In this document: one piece after another, positions 9,379 through 17,136 of the stretch
Layout of the letters: every line of letters begins with the position of its first letter
Position numbering within the stretch: position 1 is the first letter of the stretch
Assembly (NCBI GenBank): GCA_964652335.1
Contig: CAZZDL010000015.1
Span: 1 to 19,033 of the forward strand
DNA: 19,033 bases
Direction: 5' to 3'
From: Candidatus Micrarchaeota archaeon
GTDB lineage: Archaea; B1Sed10-29; WALL01; WAMD01
Notes under the pieces: model-generated
What the model was told of the DNA's origin: nothing
Seen by the model: only the letters and a program-made list of their open reading frames with translations
Database searches by the model: none
Translations under genes and position numbers: made by a program

Positions 9379-9787
9379 TCTCATTCAGCTTGTCGCTTTT
9401 TAGTATTTCCATTAGCCTTTCCACTGCCATCTTTACCTCTGGAGACATTTCTGAGAATTCAATCTTTTTTGGTTGTATCCCTATGAGTATGCATCTTTTA
9501 AAATTCTCCATTAGCATTGACAATGGCATTGAGTGAGTGGTTATTGTATAATTTGCGATCTTTTCCTTTGGGATAATTCTAACCTCCCCAGGTTCTAGTC
9601 CCATGTCCGCCGAGTCAACTATTACTACCAAATCTGGATTCATTTTTTTGATTTTTCCAATAAAGTTCTCTGGTGCTGTCCCTCCATCTATACTAACCCA
9701 GCCGTCGGCTTTAAACCACCTAGCTAGTAAAGATCCACAGCCTTCATCTGCCCTGAGCTCATTTCCTACTCCGAGTAAAACCTTCAT
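9365..9787 (-). CDS. hycI: Hydrogenase maturation endopeptidase (HycI-type)
   Basis: LGVGNELRADEG.G, DGGTAPEN, IVDSAD, TTHSMPL and IGIQP motifs. Confidence 0.92.
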   Translation of the reverse strand: MKVLLGVGNELRADEGCGSLLARWFKADGWVSIDGGTAPENFIGKIKKMNPDLVVIVDSADMGLEPGEVRIIPKEKIANYTITTHSMPLSMLMENFKRCILIGIQPKKIEFSEMSPEVKMAVERLMEILKSDKLNEISQL

Positions 9788-9808
9788 GAAGTAGTTTTGA
9801 GCATTTGA

Positions 9809-9818
9809 TTTTTATATG
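9809..9818. promoter_or_regulatory. Putative shared TATA element of divergent hycI/hypB
   Basis: TTTTTATATG in the 53-bp gap between ATG 9787 (-) and ATG 9841 (+). Confidence 0.45.
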
Positions 9819-9840
9819 GGTTTTTGACCAAAAGATAAAC

Positions 9841-10488
9841 ATGTTCTTCCATGTGATATCTGTTGGTAAGGATATACTAGCTGTTAACAGAGAGCTTGCT
9901 GAAAAGAATAGACGGTTATTTGAAAAGTATGGAGTTAGGGCATTTGATTTTATGGGCTCGATAGGTTCTGGTAAAACTAGTCTTATTGAAGAGATGATCA
10001 AACGGTTAAGGGAAAAGGGAGTTAGAGTGGCAGCTATAACAGGAGATGTATCTGGAGACGATGATGCCAAACGGCTAGCGTCTTTGGGAATAAATGTTGA
10101 AAATTTGAACACTGGAAAGGAGTGCCACCTAGATGCTCATCTTATTGAGCATGCAATAGAGAAACTAAACTTAGATAGCATTGATGTTCTTTTCATAGAG
10201 AATGTTGGGAATCTTGTGTGTCCAGCAGATTTTCCGCTTGGAACAGAGAAGAGGCTTGTTGTCATTTCTGTCACAGAAGGAGATGACATGGTTAGAAAGC
10301 ATCCAGTGATATTCGGAACAAGTGACATTGCAGTTTTGAACAAAGTAGATCTGGCAGAAGTAATGGGCGTTGATATCGCTAGAATTGAAGAGGACTACAA
10401 AAGGATAAACCCAAATGGAGTGTTTATTAAAACTTCAGCTAAAACAGGAGAAGGCATTGATGAGTTGATTAGAGCATTAGGACTGTGA
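9841..10488 (+). CDS. hypB: Hydrogenase nickel incorporation GTPase HypB
   Basis: P-loop GSIGSGKT, ECHLDA, IENVGNLVCPADFPLG, SVTEGDD and NKVD motifs; ATG at 9841 preferred over the upstream TTG. Confidence 0.95.
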   Translation: MFFHVISVGKDILAVNRELAEKNRRLFEKYGVRAFDFMGSIGSGKTSLIEEMIKRLREKGVRVAAITGDVSGDDDAKRLASLGINVENLNTGKECHLDAHLIEHAIEKLNLDSIDVLFIENVGNLVCPADFPLGTEKRLVVISVTEGDDMVRKHPVIFGTSDIAVLNKVDLAEVMGVDIARIEEDYKRINPNGVFIKTSAKTGEGIDELIRALGL

Positions 10489-10494
10489 GTAGCT

Positions 10495-10863
10495 ATGCAT
10501 GAGTTTTCTACAATGCAGGGTGTTGTAGGAGTTATTATGGAATTCGCTGAAAAGAATAATGCAAAGAAGGTTTTGAGAGTTTATTTGGATGTGGGGGAGC
10601 TGACGTTTCTGAATCATGAGCAGTTGAAATTTTCATACCAAATTCTGTCAGAGGGAACGATCCTTGAAGGTAGTGAGCTTGTGATAAGTCCGATTAAAGC
10701 TAAATATGTATGCAAGCATTGTGGGTCTTCTGGAGACCTGCCAAGGGTTGAGGAGGGAGATCATTTTTCTGTTCCAGTCTTTTATTGCCCAGAATGTGGA
10801 AAGGAAATTGAGATCACTTCAGGAAGGGAATGCAGAGTCAGAGAAATAGAAATAGAGACTTAG
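10495..10863 (+). CDS. hypA: Hydrogenase maturation nickel chaperone HypA
   Basis: N-terminal MHE, VGELT, two CxxC (CKHC, CPEC) and GRE motifs. Confidence 0.95.
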   Translation: MHEFSTMQGVVGVIMEFAEKNNAKKVLRVYLDVGELTFLNHEQLKFSYQILSEGTILEGSELVISPIKAKYVCKHCGSSGDLPRVEEGDHFSVPVFYCPECGKEIEITSGRECRVREIEIET

Positions 10864-11531
10864 AACGGCCTTCTCTTTTTTGGTCTTCCCAGCTTTTTGT
10901 GGTGTTCAAATGCTTTCTTCCAAATGCTTTCTGGAACTCTTTCACATGCATATCCGTAATGTACACTTATTTTATCTCCCACCTTTGCATCTGGCAGGAG
11001 ATCTAGCTTGACTTCCATCTCACCAATAGGAGTTTCCACCTTGGCTATCTTGTCCTTAACTTCTTTTACAACAGCTGGCCACGCTATATCATTAATCAAA
11101 TCTTCCTCTGTCTTATGAACAGGATTCTCTTCAACGATTCCCCTGTGGTATATCAAAAAATATTCTCTTATCTTTTTGTCTGTAACCGGTTTTCCCATAG
11201 CCAATGCTCTTAGAGTATTCACTGCAAATGGAAATAATTTCTCTATTGGTTTCTCCAGTGGTTCCCCTTTAGTCACATGTTTAATTGCGTTTTCTAGGTC
11301 TTCTTTAGATCTTTTTTCTCCTCTAATATTTGCAGCCATACTGCAGGCATAGCTTTCAAATGATGGAATTGCATATTTCAGGAAAACCCAAGTGTTCATA
11401 TTGTGCCTTTCCAGTTCTTTATCAAAAAATTTCTCCGCGTCTTCAGGACCAAGCTCCCTAATCTTTTTTTCTATTATTTCCTCTGGAACTAGCCCCTTAA
11501 ACTTCTTCTTCAGCTTATTCAAGCTTGACAT
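10860..11531 (-). CDS. Uncharacterised protein with C-terminal HypC-like OB-fold domain (possibly DUF6390-related)
   Basis: C-terminal WPAVVKEV...AKVETPIGEMEVKLDLLPDAKVGDKISVHYGYACE resembles HypC; overlaps the hypC 3' end. Confidence 0.65.
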   Translation of the reverse strand: MSSLNKLKKKFKGLVPEEIIEKKIRELGPEDAEKFFDKELERHNMNTWVFLKYAIPSFESYACSMAANIRGEKRSKEDLENAIKHVTKGEPLEKPIEKLFPFAVNTLRALAMGKPVTDKKIREYFLIYHRGIVEENPVHKTEEDLINDIAWPAVVKEVKDKIAKVETPIGEMEVKLDLLPDAKVGDKISVHYGYACERVPESIWKKAFEHHKKLGRPKKRRPF

Positions 11532-11739
11532 TATCAGTTACCTCTTTCCATGCTTCAATCATCTTTCTCGCATTTTCTTCATCTAATATTTCAATAACAA
11601 AACCAGCAGAGACAATTACATAATCCCCAATTCTCGGCTTGACTACACTCAGTTTTGCAGTTCTTTTTTCAAATCCATAATCAATTACTGCTTTGTCTTC
11701 GCTTATTTCTACTACCTTCCCAGGGATTGCTAGGCACAT
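11515..11739 (-). CDS. hypC: Hydrogenase maturation chaperone HypC/HupF
   Basis: MCLAIPGKVVEI N-terminus and IGDYVIV.AGF motif. Confidence 0.93.
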   Translation of the reverse strand: MCLAIPGKVVEISEDKAVIDYGFEKRTAKLSVVKPRIGDYVIVSAGFVIEILDEENARKMIEAWKEVTDNVKLE

Positions 11740-11785
11740 ACTGGATTTTTACCCTTTAACATTTAAAAATAGTTATCCATTTGTC

Positions 11786-13102
11786 TTAGTCAATCTGTCT
11801 CAGACTTGCTTCCAGCTCTTTGAGTAGCTCTTCCCTAAACAGCGGCCTTTTCTCTCCTTCTTTAATCAGCTTCTTGTAAGTCTCAGGATTGTAGGCAAGT
11901 TTGAGATCTATGCCTAACTCTTTGCATGCCAACTCTAGGGCTTTCAAACTCTCTGACTCTAGCCTGAAGTAAGCTAGAAAGTGTTTGTAATGCTTTCTAT
12001 GAGTGTCCAAGAATTTCTTTATCCTTTCCTTGTTTATACGTATGTATGCCTCCTTTATCTCAGGCGTTTCTTTCCTTTCATCCCATTCATACGCATTAAA
12101 TGGGTATCTGTCATTGAACTCAAATGGTATCACGCCTGGGGAGGATATCACTATCTTATGGACTCTACTAGCCTTTCCACTTGCCTTTACTGATTTGTCT
12201 ATTAGCTTGTGAGTCTTTGATCTTGAATATGGCTTTGTGTATGAACACGGCACGAACAGGGCAATGTCTTTTCCTTTAGGTGGTTCGTAAAACCTCTGAA
12301 ACCAGTCTTGCCAGATTCTATACCAAGGATGGTCAATGTATTCTACCCCAACCCCTTCTATAAAGACCTTTTTCTCGTTTGGTATGTTCGGGACAAACTT
12401 GAAGGTTTCAAATTCTATCTCTATCTTCGGGTCATTTTTGTACCTCTCAGTGATCCTCTCAAATTCGTCTTTGCCCAACGGTTTCCATCTACCATCCGCC
12501 CACATCTCTAGCATTGGTGTTTTTCCATGGGGAAGCAGATTCATTATGACTATGTAATCAGCTGTCTCTCTTGCTAGCTCCACAGTCTTGTGAAATAGCT
12601 CTTCCCAGTTTGGGATTGGTAAATTGGCCAGGACATATGCCTTCACCTTGAACCCGTGGGAATGTATTTTTTCCACAGCCTTGAGATAGTCTTCCACAGT
12701 GAACCCTTTTGCTATCAGCTTCAGTGCATTGTTATCTGCCACCTCTAGCCCTATGCCAATGACTAGGTCTAGCCCCTTGAATTCCTCTAGTTTTTTGTCT
12801 GTTATGAATTCTGGCCTTGATTCAATTTGCAGATGCTTTATCCCCTTTTCTTTACATTTTTTCACCAAATACTCTCTGAACTCTTTTGGGAACTGCCTGT
12901 CATCCAGGAATGAGCCAGAGCAATAGATCTTTAGAGTATCACCATGGAAGTCTAGTAGCTGTCTGTCCAGCCAAGCTTTGAGGACTTGAACATTCACAGG
13001 ATACTCTTCTTTCCCATATCCACAGAATATACATTTTCCCCAGGCACATTTCCCTGATTTTGGAACTAGAACTTTTGTCTTTTCCTCTTTTTCATTACTC
13101 AT
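11786..13102 (-). CDS. Fusion of RaSEA-like archaeal radical SAM domain and ArcS/DUF5591-like archaeosine synthase domain
   Basis: N-terminal CAWGKCIFCGY, KIYCSGSFLD, ESRPEFI and IGIGLE (RaSEA-like); C-terminal PCSYTKPYSRSKTH matches the ArcS motif PCx3KPYx2Sx2H; GAGGTG SD upstream of the ATG. Confidence 0.8.
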   Translation of the reverse strand: MSNEKEEKTKVLVPKSGKCAWGKCIFCGYGKEEYPVNVQVLKAWLDRQLLDFHGDTLKIYCSGSFLDDRQFPKEFREYLVKKCKEKGIKHLQIESRPEFITDKKLEEFKGLDLVIGIGLEVADNNALKLIAKGFTVEDYLKAVEKIHSHGFKVKAYVLANLPIPNWEELFHKTVELARETADYIVIMNLLPHGKTPMLEMWADGRWKPLGKDEFERITERYKNDPKIEIEFETFKFVPNIPNEKKVFIEGVGVEYIDHPWYRIWQDWFQRFYEPPKGKDIALFVPCSYTKPYSRSKTHKLIDKSVKASGKASRVHKIVISSPGVIPFEFNDRYPFNAYEWDERKETPEIKEAYIRINKERIKKFLDTHRKHYKHFLAYFRLESESLKALELACKELGIDLKLAYNPETYKKLIKEGEKRPLFREELLKELEASLRQID

Positions 13103-13162
13103 CTCGGCACCTCGTTATGTTTGCGTTGTTTGTAACTTGTGGTAGATATGATTTGCTCAACT

Positions 13163-13173
13163 GATATATATAA
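13163..13173. promoter_or_regulatory. TATA-like element between divergent genes
   Basis: GATATATATAA about 20-30 nt upstream of ATG 13194. Confidence 0.45.
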
Positions 13174-13193
13174 GGTAGTCCAAATAAGTAAAT

Positions 13194-14261
13194 ATGCCAA
13201 AAAGAGTTGATCCGAAGAAAAAAGGAATCATATTGATATTTCCAACAGAAGCAGTATATGGTGGTAAAAAAGGAGATAAGAAAGAACTTGCCAATATTGT
13301 GAACAGAATAATCTCCCGTTCAAAGTCAGAGAGAGAGCATCAGATTACTGAAGAAGAACATGATGCCATTGCACTAAACCGGTTTTACGACCCCAAATCA
13401 ATTTCTGGTGAGAGGATATCTCTTATAAAAACGTTATTGAAGGAAGGGTATGATGTTAGGGTTATTAGGCCACCTACGTTTCCGGGAATGAGTTATCATG
13501 ACTTCTTAGAGGAAGTCAAGAACATTAAGGGATTAGGATTTGTAGACGTAAATGGGATCCCAGCGGTCGAATGGCTGAGGAATGTATTTACTCATGCAAA
13601 ACCTGATTTGATAATAGAGCATCTTGACAGGGCGACGGAGAGTTTAGGGCTGGATGACGTCATACAGAAGGAACTAAGGGACAAGGTAAAACACATTAGC
13701 ATAGAATCCGTGGACGGTGGTAGCTTAATTCCTGGCAAAGATTTCATTTTAGTATCCAACAACATATCAAAAGAGGATGAGGAAAAACTAAAACATCACT
13801 TTAAGGAGGTAATAAAGCTGCCATTCGGCAAGCGGGAAATCTTACCAGAATACGAATTGAGTAAATCAGTAGCGCCGGACAGGAGGTTCCTTGTAAAGAC
13901 GGATCAGATAGACTTGTTCGTAGGAGTCATCCCAGATAAGAAGTTATTAGTGGTTGACCCAGATTATTATAAAGAGCATAAAGAATTACTTGAGGATGTG
14001 GCTAAGAAGATAAAACATGAAATAGTCGTTGTCCCAGAGGAAGAAAAAAGACTCTACCCAGCCAACTTCCTATTACTTCCTGATGGCAAAGTTTTGCTGA
14101 ATGGTACTAAAAAGTTAGCTGAGAAGCTAAAGAAAAAGGGAGTTAAGGTTATAACATTAGATAAGCCGTTACATCATCATATTAGATTAGGTGGAGGAGT
14201 TAGATGCGTGACTAATATATTGAGAGGTGGTAAAGGTGCCAGGAAAACTTCCAAGAGATAA
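13194..14261 (+). CDS. Pentein (amidinotransferase/arginine deiminase/agmatine deiminase) superfamily protein, divergent active site
   Basis: C-terminal LGGGVRCVT with the catalytic Cys; VDGG, xIDLFV and PANFL motifs; WLRN where WxRD is usual. Confidence 0.7.
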   Translation: MPKRVDPKKKGIILIFPTEAVYGGKKGDKKELANIVNRIISRSKSEREHQITEEEHDAIALNRFYDPKSISGERISLIKTLLKEGYDVRVIRPPTFPGMSYHDFLEEVKNIKGLGFVDVNGIPAVEWLRNVFTHAKPDLIIEHLDRATESLGLDDVIQKELRDKVKHISIESVDGGSLIPGKDFILVSNNISKEDEEKLKHHFKEVIKLPFGKREILPEYELSKSVAPDRRFLVKTDQIDLFVGVIPDKKLLVVDPDYYKEHKELLEDVAKKIKHEIVVVPEEEKRLYPANFLLLPDGKVLLNGTKKLAEKLKKKGVKVITLDKPLHHHIRLGGGVRCVTNILRGGKGARKTSKR

Positions 14262-14667
14262 AGAATTTCTTAATGCTGTTAAAAAGCACATAGATTGGGG
14301 ATACAGGCCCCATCATGCGATAGTCAAACCCCTTATGGACGTGGATGCAAAGCTAAGAGAGGCTATTTTTGAAGCAGTAACACATTTACCTCCGGCAGCT
14401 GGTCCATCCTTAGATCCAGCCATGGTAGAGGTGGCTAGCAGATTTGAAGAGCCATCACCCGAAGCTAGCTGGAGGAGACTTGGTAGGGAACAGCTAGAGA
14501 AAATAATATCAGATAGTAAAGGGATACCAAGGGAAGAAGTAAGGGAATGGATGGATGGCATTATCAAGGAGATGAAACCAGCAATTGAAGATCAAATGAG
14601 GAGACTAATGAAAGACGCAGGGATAGATTGGGACGAGTTTAAGAAGACTTATGGCATAAAGGATTAA
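14227..14667 (+). CDS. Hypothetical protein
   Basis: 146-aa ORF with protein-like composition filling the gap between genes; GTG start at 14227 or 14236. No family recognised. Confidence 0.7.
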   Translation: MVKVPGKLPRDKEFLNAVKKHIDWGYRPHHAIVKPLMDVDAKLREAIFEAVTHLPPAAGPSLDPAMVEVASRFEEPSPEASWRRLGREQLEKIISDSKGIPREEVREWMDGIIKEMKPAIEDQMRRLMKDAGIDWDEFKKTYGIKD

Positions 14668-14752
14668 CACAAACTAACCCCTTTTCTTAACCTTTAAATT
14701 ACATTTTCTCCTTATTCTAGTGTCTGATCTGTGTATCAGAGAAGGTGAGTGT

Positions 14753-17005
14753 ATGCGTTATGTAGCCTGGTTCAATGAGATTAGCAAGAATGATATTCCA
14801 ATTGCAGGAGGAAAAGGAGCAAACCTAGGAGAAATGACCCAGCTTGGATTGCCTATCCCTCCTGGATTCGTGGTCACAGCTCAGGCCTATGCAGAATTTC
14901 TTAAAAGAACAGGTTTATCTAACATCATTTACTCAATTCTTAACTCCACCAATGTTGATGATACAGAGCAGTTAGAAAACAATGCAAAGAAAATAAGAGA
15001 CATGATACTATCAGCCAAGATCCCAATGGATCTACAAATGCACATAGTCCAAGCCTATAGAAAGCTTTCAAACCAACTAGGCAAAGAGCCATACGTAGCA
15101 GTCAGGTCTTCCGCCACGGCGGAAGACCTGCCTGAGGCTAGCTTCGCTGGTCAGCAAGAAACATACCTTGACGTTAGAGGAGAGAAAGAACTTCTTAAAG
15201 CAGTTCAAAAATGTTGGGCAAGCCTGTTCACTGCCAGAGCAATCTTCTACAGAACAAAACAAGGATTTCCTCATGAGAAGGTAAAGATAGCAGTTGTAGT
15301 TCAAAAGATGGTTGAGTCAGAAGTATCTGGAGTTATGTTTACTGCAGATCCGACTGGAGACACTAGCAAGATAGTCATAGAAGCCGCATATGGACTCGGC
15401 GAAGTGGTGGTAGGTGGGAAGGTTACTCCAGATACATATGTGGTGGACAAGGCTAGAATGGAGATAATCAGCAAGAAGATATCTAAACAAACATGGAAGC
15501 TTTCTAGAGCTAGGTCTGGTAAAGGAATAGAAAGATATGACATTCCAGAGGACATGCAGGAAAGACAAAAGCTTCCAGATGGCAAGATAATAGAGCTAGC
15601 AAAGCTTGGATTGAAAGCTGAAAACCATTACGGCCATCCTCAAGATATGGAATGGGCATATGAAGCCGGCAAAATATACATAGTCCAGTCAAGAGCAATA
15701 ACTACACTAAAACTAGGAGAGAAAATAGAAGAGGAAGAAGTAACCGGAGAGGTAATAACCAAAGGCCTGCCAGCTTCCCCTGGTATCGCAACTGGGCCGG
15801 TAAAAATAGTTCTTGATCTTTCAGAGCTAGAAAAGGTTAGAGATGGTGATATCCTAGTTACTAAAATGACAAATCCAGACATGGTCCCAGCAATGAAGAA
15901 GGCAGCTGCAATAGTAACAGACGAAGGAGGATTGACATGCCATGCTGCCATAGTTTCCAGGGAGCTAGGAATTCCAGCAGTGGTTGGGACTGGTAATATT
16001 ACCAAGCTAGTGAAGGATGGAGATTTAGTTACTGTGGATGCCACGAAGGGCTTGGTGTACAAAGGAGAGGTGAAAATAAAGGCAGAGGAAACAAGCCTAG
16101 AGGAGATTCCAGAGACAAAGACAAAGATATACATAAACCTAGGGGTCCCAGAGATGGCAGAGAAGTATGCAAAGCTTCCAGTGGATGGAGTTGGATTAAT
16201 GAGGGAAGAGTTCATCATTGCCACCAGCATAAAGAAGCATCCATTAAAGGCAATAGAAGAAGGAAAAGCCCAAGAATGGATTGACAAGCTAGCAGAAGGA
16301 ATAGAAAGGGTATGCAAAGCATTTTATCCTAGACCAGTCGTGCTAAGGTTTTCTGATTTCAAGACCAATGAGTACAAAGATCTAGAAGGTGGAGAAAAGT
16401 ATGAGCCAAAGGAGAACAATCCAATGCTAGGCTGGAGAGGTTGTTCTAGATACTATTCTCCTGAGTATGAACCGGCTTTTAGGCTAGAGTTAAAGGCAGT
16501 GAAGAAGGTTAGAGATTCTGGACTAGATAACCTGTGGGTCATGCTGCCTTTTGTTAGGAAGAAAGAAGAGGTAACTAGGATCTTAGAGATAATGAGGGAT
16601 GAAGGCCTAGAGAGGAGTGATGGCTTCAAGGTATGGATAATGGCAGAGGTCCCCAGCGTGGCTTTACTAGCTGAGGAGTTTGCAGAGCTAGTTGATGGAT
16701 TCTCCATAGGCTCCAATGATCTGACCCAGCTAGTTCTAGGAGTGGACAGGGACTCTGATAGGCTTGGAAGAATGGGCTTGTTTGACGAGAGGGATCCTGC
16801 AGTGAAGAAGGCGATTTCCATGCTGATAAAAGGGGCCAGGGAAAAGGGGAAGACAGTTAGCTTGTGTGGGCAAGCACCTAGCAATTACCCAGAGTTTGCA
16901 AGGTTCTTGGTTGAGTGTGGGATAACTTCAATATCGGTGAATCCAGATGCGGTTGCGAAGGTGAAGAAGGTCGTGGCCCAAGCTGAGAAAGAGTTAGAGA
17001 AATAG
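14753..17005 (+). CDS. ppsA: Phosphoenolpyruvate synthase (pyruvate, water dikinase)
   Basis: GGKGANLGE, AVRSSATAEDLPEASFAGQQET, phospho-His motif TDEGGLTCHAAIVSRELG, SIGSNDLTQ and CGQAPS; ATG 14753 follows a GGTGA SD. Confidence 0.96.
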   Translation: MRYVAWFNEISKNDIPIAGGKGANLGEMTQLGLPIPPGFVVTAQAYAEFLKRTGLSNIIYSILNSTNVDDTEQLENNAKKIRDMILSAKIPMDLQMHIVQAYRKLSNQLGKEPYVAVRSSATAEDLPEASFAGQQETYLDVRGEKELLKAVQKCWASLFTARAIFYRTKQGFPHEKVKIAVVVQKMVESEVSGVMFTADPTGDTSKIVIEAAYGLGEVVVGGKVTPDTYVVDKARMEIISKKISKQTWKLSRARSGKGIERYDIPEDMQERQKLPDGKIIELAKLGLKAENHYGHPQDMEWAYEAGKIYIVQSRAITTLKLGEKIEEEEVTGEVITKGLPASPGIATGPVKIVLDLSELEKVRDGDILVTKMTNPDMVPAMKKAAAIVTDEGGLTCHAAIVSRELGIPAVVGTGNITKLVKDGDLVTVDATKGLVYKGEVKIKAEETSLEEIPETKTKIYINLGVPEMAEKYAKLPVDGVGLMREEFIIATSIKKHPLKAIEEGKAQEWIDKLAEGIERVCKAFYPRPVVLRFSDFKTNEYKDLEGGEKYEPKENNPMLGWRGCSRYYSPEYEPAFRLELKAVKKVRDSGLDNLWVMLPFVRKKEEVTRILEIMRDEGLERSDGFKVWIMAEVPSVALLAEEFAELVDGFSIGSNDLTQLVLGVDRDSDRLGRMGLFDERDPAVKKAISMLIKGAREKGKTVSLCGQAPSNYPEFARFLVECGITSISVNPDAVAKVKKVVAQAEKELEK

Positions 17006-17067
17006 GCTTTTGCTTAGCTGATCGTTGCTTTTGATTAGTTGTAGGCTGATTTTAGATAAAACGATAG

Positions 17068-17120
17068 CTTTAAATATGAGTCATGACTAAATCATGACAG
17101 TTAAGATACAATCATGACAG
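17068..17120 (+). promoter_or_regulatory. TATA box followed by three TCATGAC operator-like motifs
   Basis: CTTTAAATA (17068-76); TCATGAC at 17081, 17092 and 17112; AATCATGACAG repeated exactly 20 bp apart. Confidence 0.65.
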
Positions 17121-17136
17121 ATTACAGTGATAGTTT

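Noticed and set aside
14720..14752. Upstream GTG start for ppsA; likewise extended starts at 807, 2189, 5894, 9805 and 17746
   Set aside because: Downstream ATGs fit SD or TATA spacing, stop-start coupling and typical family N-termini better.
15640..16884. Long minus-strand ORFs (225 aa and 143 aa) within ppsA, and similar short antisense ORFs across mbh, hypB and the radical SAM gene
   Set aside because: They fully overlap well-supported genes on the opposite strand and have no recognisable motifs.
17079..17120. Repeats considered as a mini-CRISPR array
   Set aside because: Units are 7-11 bp with spacers under 15 bp and no cas genes; an operator array fits better.
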